A stretch of 63,936 nt of DNA, the filler included, from Octopus bimaculoides (Eukaryota): assembly GCF_001194135.2 (NCBI RefSeq). It is 5 parts of 5 records of this genome, joined end to end, with 100 filler letters (N's around TTAATTAATTAA, not from the genome) between each part and the next. Parts side by side here need not be neighbours in the genome. Positions count along the whole stretch, not along the records: positions 1 to 19,359 come from NC_068984.1; 4 more parts are not named here. The stretch is one strand, 5' to 3'. The position numbers and the translations under genes are program-made. Below, in pieces: positions 1 through 12,659 of this stretch (position 1 is the first letter of the stretch; every line of letters starts with the position of its first letter). Below the pieces are notes generated by a model. The model did not search any database. It saw nothing but the letters and a program-made list of their open reading frames with translations, and had not been told where the DNA came from.

Positions 1-51
<51 letters not shown>

Positions 52-333
52 CAGAACAAATTGCACGAAAATTATGTTGAATTTTGGTTATTCTACTCTC
101 CATTGATTAAAGAATGGGAGGTGGGGTTCGTAGAGTGTTTGTTGTGTTTATCTCATGCATACAAACATATCTGTACTACTGAGGTGCGTAGAAATATACC
201 TCCTGTACCAACACATCTAGATTTGATTTATACATTTACAAAAGAAGGAACCAATATATGGCTTTGCGTTTGTGTGCCTGCAGGTGTACATGCATGCCAA
301 GACATTTCTATGCGTATGTGAGTAAATTCTTTT

Positions 334-412
334 TCTTCTTTCTTCTTCTTCTTCTCCTTCTTCTTCTTCTTCTTCTTCTTCTTCTTCTTCTTCTCCTTCT
401 TCTTCTTCTTCT

Positions 413-447
<35 letters not shown>

Positions 448-497
448 TTCTCCATCATCATCATCATCATCATCATTATTATTATTATTATCATTAT
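334..497. repeat. Compound microsatellite (CTT)n-(CAT)n-(ATT)n
   Basis: Seen directly; it explains the poly-E/K/L/D ORFs. Confidence 0.97.
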
Positions 498-498
498 T

Positions 499-621
499 GA
501 AGGCAGCGAGCTGGCAGCATTGTTCGCACATCGGACAAAATGCTTAGCGACATTTCGTCCGTTTTTACGTTCTGAGTTCAAATTCCACCGAGGTCAACTT
601 CCCTTTTTATTCATTTCGGGG
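499..621 (+). mobile_element. tRNA-derived SINE family B (GAGCTGGCAG head), 5' part
   Basis: ggcagcgagctggcag...aaatgcttagcg...cgttctgagttcaaattcc...gaggtcaact; same sequence at 20675, 47621, 47881, 58808 and 59056. Confidence 0.85.
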
Positions 622-622
622 A

Positions 623-655
<33 letters not shown>

Positions 656-1650
656 GANNNNNNNNNNNNNNNNNNNNNNNNNNNNNNNNNNNNNNNNNNN
701 NNNNNNNNNNNNNNNNNNNNNNNNNNNNNNNNNNNNNNNNNNNNNNNNNNNNNNNNNNNNNNNNNNNNNNNNNNNNNNNNNNNNNNNNNNNNNNNNNNNN
801 NNNNNNNNNNNNNNNNNNNNNNNNNNNNNNNNNNNNNNNNNNNNNNNNNNNNNNNNNNNNNNNNNNNNNNNNNNNNNNNNNNNNNNNNNNNNNNNNNNNN
901 NNNNNNNNNNNNNNNNNNNNNNNNNNNNNNNNNNNNNNNNNNNNNNNNNNNNNNNNNNNNNNNNNNNNNNNNNNNNNNNNNNNNNNNNNNNNNNNNNNNN
1001 NNNNNNNNNNNNNNNNNNNNNNNNNNNNNNNNNNNNNNNNNNNNNNNNNNNNNNNNNNNNNNNNNNNNNNNNNNNNNNNNNNNNNNNNNNNNNNNNNNNN
1101 NNNNNNNNNNNNNNNNNNNNNNNNNNNNNNNNNNNNNNNNNNNNNNNNNNNNNNNNNNNNNNNNNNNNNNNNNNNNNNNNNNNNNNNNNNNNNNNNNNNN
1201 NNNNNNNNNNNNNNNNNNNNNNNNNNNNNNNNNNNNNNNNNNNNNNNNNNNNNNNNNNNNNNNNNNNNNNNNNNNNNNNNNNNNNNNNNNNNNNNNNNNN
1301 NNNNNNNNNNNNNNNNNNNNNNNNNNNNNNNNNNNNNNNNNNNNNNNNNNNNNNNNNNNNNNNNNNNNNNNNNNNNNNNNNNNNNNNNNNNNNNNNNNNN
1401 NNNNNNNNNNNNNNNNNNNNNNNNNNNNNNNNNNNNNNNNNNNNNNNNNNNNNNNNNNNNNNNNNNNNNNNNNNNNNNNNNNNNNNNNNNNNNNNNNNNN
1501 NNNNNNNNNNNNNNNNNNNNNNNNNNNNNNNNNNNNNNNNNNNNNNNNNNNNNNNNNNNNNNNNNNNNNNNNNNNNNNNNNNNNNNNNNNNNNNNNNNNN
1601 NNNNNNNNNNNNNNNNNNNNNNNNNNNNNNNNNNNNNNNNNNNNNNNNNN

Positions 1651-1688
<38 letters not shown>

Positions 1689-1718
1689 GTTATTATTATC
1701 ATTATTATTATTATTATT

Positions 1719-1996
1719 ATTTTATGTTTGACTTTTGCTTTGCATTTGTACAAATTGACTTCGAGTCTCACCCAGAGACCTCAAGAGACAACGAGTTAGC
1801 AGTTCATGTTAGTATTATGCCTAGGGTGCCATGTATTTAGTTTTGTACATAGTGTTGTTCTAGAGAATGCTTAAGAAGTCATAAGAAAATTGTGTTTGTT
1901 TTAAAACTTGAGATTACATAGAAAGTATTTTGCGTAGGATATGGGCAGTTCCCATGAGCACTATGTTTCGAATTTCTGCCATTTTGGGGTTTCCTG

Positions 1997-1997
<1 letters not shown>
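1719..1997 (-). mobile_element. R4/Dong-type non-LTR retrotransposon, 3' end
   Basis: Minus strand reads PGNPKMAEIRNIVLMGTAHILRKILSM*, homologous to IQKIALLGTAHILRKTLSIQ* at 41.3 kb. The 3'UTR resembles 48060-48140; (ATT)n lies on both sides. Confidence 0.8.
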
Positions 1998-2050
<53 letters not shown>

Positions 2051-2067
2051 GGGGGANNNNNNNNNNA

Positions 2068-3145
2068 AGAAGAAGAAGAAGAAGAAGAAGAAGAAGAAGA
2101 AGAAGAAGAAGAAGAAGAAGAAGAAGAAGAAGAAGAAGAAGAAGAAGAAGAAGAAGAAGAAACTAATGGCAATGATGCCGCTGATGATAGTGATGAAGCT
2201 TTCAAATCTTCGACTTCCAATAAGATATAAATACTCTAATTTATGTATTGAGTTCGATTTCCACATTTTTTAAAGCGCGCTTGCATGCGTATATACACGT
2301 GTATGTGTGTGTGTGTATGCGTTTGTGTGTAAATACACATTTGTAAAATTGTACTACGATGAAGGTAAAGTGTATAGATTTTCGACAATTTCTTTAGTGC
2401 CATTAGTTAGACGGAAAAGGAAATCCAATAGAGTAACCATTTCCTTTGAACGTTGAAGTCGATATCAATAATTTCACTTTGAATATTGCTACTAATTCTA
2501 GAAAGGAAGATCGAACACTTAGTCCATCTTTCGTTCGTGCATTTCGACAGTGATGGCTGTTTTAGTTACTCGAGGCAAATAGTTAAGAATTGGTGGTTTA
2601 TTTTGATGTCATCTTCTGCTGGAGGCTGCAATCGAGATGTGTGTCACAATGTTGCACCATGAAGTTCTGTCACACTATTAGCTTTGGTAGACGCAAGGAG
2701 CGTTTACGTGGTCGACTGACCGCTGTGGAAGTAAGAACCAAATTTCCTTCAATCCATATCCTATTTTATTGGAAAGTGAAGGATAAACTAGACGAAGAGG
2801 AAGAAGAGGAAGCAGAAGAAGAAGAAGAAGAAGAAGAAGAAGAAGAAGAAGAAGAAGAAGGAGGAGGAGGAGGAGGAGNNNNNNNNNNNNNNNNNNNNNN
2901 NNNNNNNNNNNNNNNNNNNNNNNNNNNNNNNNNNNNNNNNNNNNNNNNNNNNNNNNNNNNNNNNNNNNNNNNNNNNNNNNNNNNNNNNNNNNNNNNNNNN
3001 NNNNNNNNNNNNNNNNNNNNNNNNNNNNNNNNNNNNNNNNNNNNNNNNNNNNNNNNNNNNNNNNNNNNNNAGAAGAAGAAGAAGAAGAAGAAGAAGAAGA
3101 AGGAGAAGAAGGAGGAGAGGAGGAGGAGGAGGAGGAGGAGGAGGG
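2068..3145. repeat. (GAA)n/(GGA)n microsatellites (2068-2163, 2795-2878, 3071-3145) around gaps
   Basis: Seen directly. Confidence 0.95.
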
Positions 3146-3573
3146 GGAGGCTATGATGATGATGAGGTTGATGGTAATGATGTAGCTTTCACATTTTCAA
3201 CTTCCAATAAAATGTAAATACTCTAATGTATGTACTGAGTTCAATTCCCTTTGTTGCATGGCCGCAGTCAAATCACTCAAACATGTAAAAGATAGAAGAT
3301 TAAAGATATACGTATATCAACGTTCCGACACACATACATCGTTGCACAGTCTCATCCAAAGCTGTTTTAGGTCCCAGAAAATGAATGCTCTGGGCCCTGT
3401 AATATTTATTTATTGACAGCAAGGCAAAGCAGACATGCATCCGAACTGGGTCCTTAGACATAAGATGCCCCTTAGAAACTGTCTAGTGTGCTCCTGCGTT
3501 AAGATGGAACGGCACTCAACTTACCAATTTCCTTCACAGTAAATCTAACACACGAACATGCATAAGAGGTCTG

Positions 3574-3592
3574 ATCAATAAGTATCCAGACT
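3574..3592 (+). mobile_element. Mariner TIR stub
   Basis: gaggtctgatcaataagta, identical to the terminus of the element at 30268. Confidence 0.6.
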
Positions 3593-3596
3593 CTCT

Positions 3597-3860
3597 GTCT
3601 ATCTATTTATCTATCAATCTGTCTATCTATCTATTTAGCTATCTATCTAGCTAATATCTATCTATCTATCTATCTGTCTATCTATCTATCTATCTATCTG
3701 TTTTTCTATCTATCTATTGGTCTATCTATCTATTTGTCTATCTATCTATCTATCTATCTATCTATTGGTCTATCTACCTATCTACCTACCTGTCTGTTTA
3801 TCTATCTATCTATCTATCTGTCTATCTGTCTGTCTATCTATCTGTCTGTCTACCTACGTA
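3597..3860. repeat. (TCTA)n tetranucleotide array
   Basis: Seen directly. Confidence 0.95.
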
Positions 3861-4433
3861 TCTCTCTCCATATCTAAGAATTTTTGTATTTCCTAACGAC
3901 ATTCCCCATCCCCATCTCCCACTCATCTCTTCTTCACTCACCTTCCTCCGCTCCCTCCCACCAACTTTCCCCTTCCTCTCCTCACAGCCTGTCTCACTCA
4001 CACTCAAACACCCGCCTCTCCCTATCTCCTTCCCACCTCCGTGTGTCACGCTCTCCTCAAGAATATAATACAAATGGTATCTAGTTCCCTCTAGAACTAT
4101 TTCACAAAGCCAATCTACCAGCTGCCGCCTAATTAGACGCTCGATGGAACAGATTAGCACTCTTAACAAACTCTCACCCACCACCACCAACAACAACCAC
4201 AACAACAACAACAACCCTTCTATCGCCTTTCATTGTCTGTCACGCGCACGCACGCGCGCAGACACACGTATATAGATGCACACACACACACACGCACGCA
4301 CACATACGCGTACAGAATCACACACACGTGCAGCTATATACATATGCAGTAGATATATGGAAGACCTGCTGCGGGCGCCAACACATGTAGAGATGTAGAA
4401 AGTTTATATATGTGTGCCTGTGTGTGTTTGTGC

Positions 4434-4475
<42 letters not shown>

Positions 4476-4839
4476 NNNNNNNNNNNNNNNNNNNNNNNNN
4501 NNNNNNNNNNNNNNNNNNNNNNNNNNNNNNNNNNNNNNNNNNNNNNNNNNNNNNNNNNNNNNNNNNNNNNNNNNNNNNNNNNNNNNNNNNNNNNNNNNNN
4601 NNNNNNNNNNNNNNNNNNNNNNNNNNNNNNNNNNNNNNNNNNNNNNNNNNNNNNNNNNNNNNNNNNNNNNNNNNNNNNNNNNNNNNNNNNNNNNNNNNNN
4701 NNNNNNNNNNNNNNNNNNNNNNNNNNNNNNNNNNNNNNNNNNNNNNNNNNNNNNNNNNNNNNNNNNNNNNNNNNNNNNNNNNNNNNNNNNNNNNNNNNNN
4801 NNNNNNNNNNNNNNNNNNNNNNNNNNNNNNNNNNNNNNN

Positions 4840-4871
<32 letters not shown>

Positions 4872-4876
4872 CAGCA

Positions 4877-4973
4877 ATGAGGTACTTTCCGTCGGTTGCG
4901 ACTACAAAGGTTCTAGTTGATCCAATAAACAGAACAGCCTGCTTGTGAAATTAACGTGCAAGTGTCTGAACAC
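4877..4973 (-). mobile_element. SINE family C, 3' fragment
   Basis: ccgtcggttgcgac...aacagcctgcttgtgaaattaacgtgcaagtg matches 9797-9890. Confidence 0.75.
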
Positions 4974-6654
4974 TGATAATCGGCGGTGATGAGCTGCTGC
5001 GGATCACTCAATCTCAGGGTGCGTATGCATGTGGCCGGTGACCACATGTGATCTTGTATCCTCACTAAAACTCTGAACATGAACTCTGCACCTCAACAGC
5101 GAATGACTACAACAGTTACGGTGTCTGCGCGATCCGGTGCGCTTGACCTCCCAGTGGGGCATCCGTATCGATTACAGCCTTGACTGCGGCCGACCGTCGG
5201 ATGTGGTCGGCATTTGTAAGGATATGGGAAACAGCGAGTGACTCCAAGGTAGAAAACTGACGATGGTTCCAAACATTGCATTTGTAGATGTCAGTTAATG
5301 CAAGTATAGAGAGATGCCTCTTTTTGTTAGAATCCAATTTCTTCTAAATAGCAAGAATTCAAAGGATGTTTTAGACCAGACACACAGACTCATTCACATC
5401 AAAAATGTAGATTTATTATCTTGCACATCACTACTTCATATTTAAAGAGTTTTGGTGGAACCACTGACTTGTTAACCATGTTGCGCTAAGTTGGCGCTGG
5501 CCGGCGTGGACCGGGCGCAGACCGGGCGCGGACCGGGCGCGGACTGGGCGCTTTCTCATCTTAAAACTCACTTTTGCTAGATAACTGGAACTCGAGTTAC
5601 ATTATTGGGGAAGCGGGGGAGATTTGGCTGCTATTTCTAACAGACTGAAAGCTCATGTATGGGTTTCCTCGTAGGTTCATACACAACTCATGAACTGAAT
5701 TCAAATCAATCGCCCCTTCCATGCCCTCTCCTTCTAGCTGGAAACATATTATCCATGTCATAAACCAGTATAATAAAACTTATTCAGTGGAATCTCGTGC
5801 AATAATAATAACGGCCACAACGGGCTTCCAGTTTTAGTGTGATGCATCTAAGTCTACAAGCTTCCTCAACAGACTCGGGTAAACCAAAACGATTTTCAGA
5901 AACAGCTACATGCAAGTTGGTCGGAGAGTTCCTTCCTGTTCTCGTTGTTGATTTGAAACCACAACATGACCTCTGCGTTACATTATCAGAGTCAACTCTG
6001 TCGCACGCATTCTATCTTGTTCTTTGATCTGAGTATAACGTCTTTGTTTTCTCACTCCAGTCTTAGAGACTCTGAGAAGCGCCTTCGGTGCCGCCTTGGC
6101 TTCTTTAAATCAGGTCAGCGAGTACAAACATCGATTCGGTTTTGAATGTTTTAAAGAATATCTGAGTTAAGGATAATGCCTCTGAGTTTCTAAAGACTTC
6201 TGAGAATTGCGGTTGCAAAGGAGAAAGAATCCACGTCGTTGTTGCAGTTGTTGCAGTTGTTGTTGTTGTTGTTGTCGTCGTTGTTGTTGTTGTTTTTAAC
6301 GATGGTGGTGGTGGTGTAGTCTGTGGTGGTGATAGTGGTGGTGGTGTTGGTGTTGGTGTTGGCGGTGGTGGAGGGTTTGGTGGTGGAAGTGGTTGTGGTA
6401 GTGGTGGTTTTTCTTTACACTAAGGTTACACCTAATCAAGCAGGACTGATAACATGCTTTCCAATCGTGATTATCACGCCTTGTAATCTGTTACTGACTC
6501 CATAATTCTAGACATAAGATAACAGGGCAAATGATACCTGCGTGGTCACAACTGAAACATATTTTGACCTGGGGTTATTTTTATCATCAACAACATCATC
6601 AATGTGGCCAGTCCAAATACTGCTGTTAACACAAGCACAAACATAACCACCAAA

Positions 6655-7170
6655 AACACCAACGAACCAACCACTGACCAACGAACCAACCACTAATCAA
6701 CGAACCAACCACTGACCAGCGAACCAACCACTGACCAGCGAACCAACCACTGATCAACGAACNNNNNNNNNNNNNNNNNNNNNNNNNNNNNNNNNNNNNN
6801 NNNNNNNNNNNNNNNNNNNNNNNNNNNNNNNNNNNNNNNNNNNNNNNNNNNNNNNNNNNNNNNNNNNNNNNNNNNNNNNNNNNNNNNNNNNNNNNNNNNN
6901 NNNNNNNNNNNNNNNNNNNNNNNNNNNNNNNNNNNNNNNNNNNNNNNNNNNNNNNNNNNNNNNGATAACAGGGCAAATGATACCTGCGTGGTCACAACTG
7001 AAACATATTTTGACCTGGGGTTATTTTTATCATCAACAACATCATCAATGTGGCCAGTCCAAATACTGCTGTTAACACAAGCACAAACATAACCACCAAA
7101 AACACCAACGAACCAACCACTGACCAACGAACCAACCACTGACCAGCGAACCAACCACTGACCAATGAAC
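6655..7170. repeat. 19-bp minisatellite (CAACGAACCAACCACTGAC) within a segment duplicated across a gap
   Basis: Units at 6655-6762 and 7103-7170; 6518-6762 is essentially identical to 6964-7170. Confidence 0.9.
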
Positions 7171-8675
7171 CAGCCAAGCATCCTTTATGATACCTACAAG
7201 AAATAGTAACTAAATCTTCCTCAAATTACATCTTACTGCTTGGTGAAAAGGAGAGACTGCAGACTACCGGATAGTCCAAGATGATGGTCACGGGAGGAAT
7301 GATTTTGATTGTTGGTTTTCTAGATCGGGAGAGGAATGAGGGCCATTACACAATTATAAAACAGCAATAAAAAATGTTGTTCCATAATTAGTTTGTTTTC
7401 TGATTTATTTATCTTTTTTTTAATATTATTTCATCAATAAACAATTTTAATTAAATATTTATCTATTGATAATTCATTGGTCTGAAATAGAGGAGTTTTA
7501 TTAATTCCTCCTCTTTATTCAAATGCTGTTCTCTCTCTCTCTCTTTCTATCGCCCTTTCTTTCTCTTTCTCTCTTTCTATCACCCTTTCTCTCCCGCACA
7601 CTGTGTCCTTCCATTCAACTTAAGGCACACAAACGCACATACGTGCATGCACACACATACATACAATCCCTCTCTCTGTACATATATATATGTGTCTATT
7701 GTGCGTACGTATATATATATATTTTTTTATATACACATGCACACATTTATGCATGCATGCATACATTTATGTTCATGTATGTGTATATAAATATGTGTGT
7801 AGATATATGTGATTCATTTTATATATACAAACGCAGAAAGACAGAGTGAGAAAAGCAAGATATATGTATGTATATAACATATACGTGTATGTGCAGGTCT
7901 TCATGTATGTATGTATGTATGTATGTACCTATGTATACAATACAGGGTATAAAACGTGTTTGCTTGTGTAAGCGCTTGTGTGTGTTTGTCTATATATATA
8001 TATATGTATGATAAAACGATTAACTCTGTATCTTTCTTTCTCTCTCTCTCTCTCTATCTATCTATCTCTATGTTTATCTCTCCCAAACTCACTTTCCTCT
8101 TCAAAATCATCCTCCATACTGTTTTAGCGATTTGTTTTAATGATGTCAATGCTTCGCTGAATATTCAAGAATCGTTCTCACTTAATGCAGGCCGCCATAT
8201 TTCTTTGCCTCTGCAATCTGTAATAATTTTATGATTGCTATTATTTGTATTGTTATTATTATTATTCAGATTGCTAAAAGCGGTGGGCGTCGGAAACGTT
8301 ATAAAGCGACGGACAAAATGATTTGTGGTGTTATTTAAGTCCTCCAACGATCAGAGTTCAAATTCTGGCAGGTTACATAAAATGCAAAATCTTTCTGGCA
8401 CTGGAGAGGAACTTCATCAGTCTTGCATCAAAGGTTGTGTTGTTACATTTGTGCGTCCTTCAGACATTGTTGCTAGGAAAATATGGGGAGGAAATAAAAA
8501 AGAAAAAAATGAAAGTGTAGATGCGGGATGAGTATGTGGGGTAGATATTATGTGTGAGGGGGTTGGAGTCAAGAGGGTGGATACGTATAAGAGGGATAAA
8601 GAGAAGGAGTGGAAAAACGATCAGGAAAAGATGAAAGTGGAGAAGAGGAAGAGAGAGAAGGAGAAGAATATATAT

Positions 8676-8707
<32 letters not shown>

Positions 8708-9259
8708 GAGAAAGATTGAGTTCAGTTTCATCCTTTTATTTTGTGGGGGTCCAAAGTTAGATTTCTAATAAAGATTCTTCATATTAAATTTGTTGCTTAC
8801 CATTGTATTTTTTTTAATATGAAAATTTTACTAGTATTAGGTGTGTTATGGACATTTATAGAACACGCAAGAAAGCACATAAATGTGTATTCGTTCTCGT
8901 CTACAGTTTTTAATCTTTAACTTAAATTCTGATTTCAATTTTTAAATCCTTCCTTTTCGCACGTCTGTTATATTCCTTTTAATCATTAGCAATAATTCCC
9001 ATTCCTGTACATACTCTATTCTATTCTGTTCGTTTTTGAATCGCTTCTACACCAACTTTTTTTTCGATTTAACTATTGTTAATATCTTATTTCTCCGCTA
9101 AGGTCAACTCCAGCTGGCAGCCAATATTTTGCTGCTATATATACTTTTTTTACTTACTTGCCCAATCAAATTGAAATGCGCATTCGTTGAACTGTAAAAC
9201 CTAATATTGTATTATATTATATTATAATATATTGTTTCATTTTATGTTATATATATATC

Positions 9260-9631
9260 GGTGCATGTGTGGCTGTGTGGTAAGTAGCTTGCTTCCCAAC
9301 CACATGGTTCTTGGTCCAGTCCCACTGCGTTGCATCTTAGGCAAGTGTTTTCTACTATAGCTTCGGGTCGATTAAAGCCTTGTGAGTGGATATGGTAGAC
9401 GGAAACTGAAAGAAGCCCGTCGTATGTATTATGTGCGTGTGTCATTGTGTTTATTCCCTTACCTGTCTGTGTTTATGTCCCCGTAACCTAGCGGTTCGGC
9501 AAAAGAGAACCGATAGAATAAGTACCAAGCTCACAAAGAATAAGTCCTGGGTTCGATTTGTTCGATTAAAAGGCGGTGCTCCAGCATGGCCGCAGTCAAA
9601 TAACTGAAACGGGTACAAGAGTAAAAGAATA
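9260..9631 (+). mobile_element. tRNA-derived SINE family A (octopus OK/OR-like), full length
   Basis: Head gtggctgtgtggtaag...ttcccaaccacatgg; 3' ccagcatggccgcagtcaaa...agtaaaaga. At least 9 related copies in the window. Confidence 0.88.
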
Positions 9632-9796
9632 CTCACAAAATTTAATATTCAGTATTTTCACAATTTCTGATGAACGGTCGCATAAAACTCTGAGTACGAG
9701 TTTCTGAAAACTTTTCACCTTTAATAAAATAGAAAGAGAGAGAGAGAGACAGGCAGTCAGACAGACAGAAGACGTGTATGTGAGTATAGATAGAGA

Positions 9797-10104
9797 GATG
9801 GCACTCCGTCGGTTATGACGACGAGGGTCCCAGCTGATACGATCAAGGGAACAGCCTGCTCGTGAAATTACCGTGCAAGTGGCTGAGCACTCCACAGACA
9901 CGTGTACTCTTAACGTAATTCCCGGGGAGATCCAGCGTGACACAGTGTGACAAGTCTGTCCCCTTTGAAATACAGGTGCTGAGTGGACTGGAGCAACGTG
10001 AAATAAAGTGTCTTGCGCAAGGACACAGCGCGTCGCCGGATATTGAACTCATGACTTTGTGATCGTGAGTCGACTACCCTAACCAGTAACCCAGGCGCCT
10101 TCAC
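9797..10104 (-). mobile_element. tRNA-derived SINE family C
   Basis: Minus strand begins gtgaaggcgcctgg...ggttagggt...gagttcaatatccgg (A/B-box-like) followed by tgtgtccttgcgcaagacactttatttcacgttgctccagtccactcagc, shared with 32648-32888. Confidence 0.82.
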
Positions 10105-10149
10105 TAAGGTTGGGAAGCAAGCTTCTTACCCCACAGTCACGCCTGTGCC

Positions 10150-10525
10150 TATATATAAATTAAAATAAAACAAAATCACTCAGAGACCGCAAACTTCTAC
10201 CAAAGCAACGCCAACGTCCTCTCAACGATTACCCAGAGATGATTTTTAAACTGAGAATATCTGAAATAAACTTGACTGCTCTCACAAACGAGAATCCTAA
10301 AATTGAACCCGACTGCTCGGAAAAATTAAGTAAATAAACGGAAAAATATTCCAGAATCCTTTTCCGGTATCGGATCGATCCCAAAACCTAACCACTTCGT
10401 GCCAGTCACGAGGCCAAACATCCCTGAAAGTTTCATCGGAATCCATCCTGCGGTTCTTGAGATATCTTATCCAGAGACGAACAAACAAACGTGACTGGAA
10501 ACAATACCGCCGTCTTAGCGAAGGT
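10150..10525. mobile_element. Helentron-associated (HINE-like) non-autonomous element
   Basis: Ends ...gaaagtttcatcggaatccatcc...ttcttgagatatc...aacaaacaaac gtgactggaaacaataccgccgtcttagcgaaggt, resembling the recalled HINE terminal layout. No ORF. Confidence 0.55.
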
Positions 10526-11329
10526 GAATGTAATAATATAATATAATATAATATAATACACACACACAGACACACAAACATAGATATTGCCAAGTGAAAT
10601 CTACGCATAGAATAATGGCCAGAAAGATTGTCAAGACGCTTGTCTAATATGCTGCAGTATAAGATTGAACTTGGAATACTAAATTACATTCTCCAAGAAG
10701 CATTACGTACAAAGAAAACCATAGTTAAATATAAACACTTAACCTAATGTTTCTGCGATGTTTGCCCTTTGTCGTGACCAGATTTAATAAAGATTAGCCA
10801 GTTTTCTTATTTTCGCTCTCCTCACACTAGAAAAATCTTTATTCTTGGAAACATGTTTACTCTCAGACTTTGATATTCTGGCTCTCAAACAACTGTTATG
10901 TATTTATGTGACTGGCGCCCTTTGATCATATCTCGTAGTATACTAAATGCGTATTGTAGAGTAAATATATAATACATTAGCTGAAACTTAGGTACTACTA
11001 CAAACACTACTACTACTACTGCTACTCCTACTTCATTGTAAGATCTGACTTACCAAGTACTGTAGTCCTCGGCTGTTCTCGAAGTGTGTATTTCAAATGT
11101 TGAAATATTTCGTCACAGACAGAATATCTTCGGATTTGCTTTTCTTTTGTTTTAAGAAAAACATTATAGCAGACAAGATTAACAATCATGTATTTGTGTG
11201 TGTGAGTGTGTGCGTGCGTGTGTGCGTGTGTGCGTGTGTGAGAGTGTGTGAGCGTATGTGTGTTTGTGTGGGCGTTTTTAATTCATTATATTACATATGT
11301 AAGAGTCTAAATCTATACATATGTACATA

Positions 11330-11373
<44 letters not shown>

Positions 11374-11971
11374 NNNNNNNNNNNNNNNNNNNNNNNNNNN
11401 NNNNNNNNNNNNNNNNNNNNNNNNNNNNNNNNNNNNNNNNNNNNNNNNNNNNNNNNNNNNNNNNNNNNNNNNNNNNNNNNNNNNNNNNNNNNNNNNNNNN
11501 NNNNNNNNNNNNNNNNNNNNNNNNNNNNNNNNNNNNNNNNNNNNNNNNNNNNNNNNNNNNNNNNNNNNNNNNNNNNNNNNNNNNNNNNNNNNNNNNNNNN
11601 NNNNNNNNNNNNNNNNNNNNNNNNNNNNNNNNNNNNNNNNNNNNNNNNNNNNNNNNNNNNNNNNNNNNNNNNNNNNNNNNNNNNNNNNNNNNNNNNNNNN
11701 NNNNNNNNNNNNNNNNNNNNNNNNNNNNNNNNNNNNNNNNNNNNNNNNNNNNNNNNNNNNNNNNNNNNNNNNNNNNNNNNNNNNNNNNNNNNNNNNNNNN
11801 NNNNNNNNNNNNNNNNNNNNNNNNNNNNNNNNNNNNNNNNNNNNNNNNNNNNNNNNNNNNNNNNNNNNNNNNNNNNNNNNNNNNNNNNNNNNNNNNNNNN
11901 NNNNNNNNNNNNNNNNNNNNNNNNNNNNNNNNNNNNNNNNNNNNNNNNNNNNNNNNNNNNNNNNNNNNNNN

Positions 11972-12010
<39 letters not shown>

Positions 12011-12026
12011 CATATATATATAAACT

Positions 12027-12058
<32 letters not shown>

Positions 12059-12625
12059 TGTTTCTTTATTGGCCACACAGGGCTGAAGTCAGAGGGGACT
12101 GATAGATAGATACACACTAGACTCCAAAGACCCATATTGTAGTGCAAAGGTTTCACTAGATAACCACACACTTATTTATATATACATATATACATACATG
12201 CACACACGCACACATATGCATACTCTCTCTCATACGCACACGCACACACATTTATGTGTCAAAACAACCCAAAATAATAGTCATAACAATAATAATAACA
12301 AAAACAACAGCAACAACAAATACAACACGAATAACCATAGCAACAACTTATATTTAACGAGAAGAGGAGGAGGCGGAGGGGCGGAGGAGGAGAGGAGTGG
12401 AGGAAGAGGAGGAGGCGGAGGATATTTAGCAAATTCGATTCCAGAATTTGTTGTTACCATTCGGCGTGCGAGTGAATGCGTATAATTAACATTTCTTGTG
12501 CCTGTCGATATCCAGAGATGTCTGCGATGGAATTCCCATTCCTTACCATTGCCATCCAGTTGAATCAGCCAGCCCTCTGCATGACTCATTCAACAATCCT
12601 CTGCAAATCGCACATACGCTCGCCA

Positions 12626-12659
<34 letters not shown>

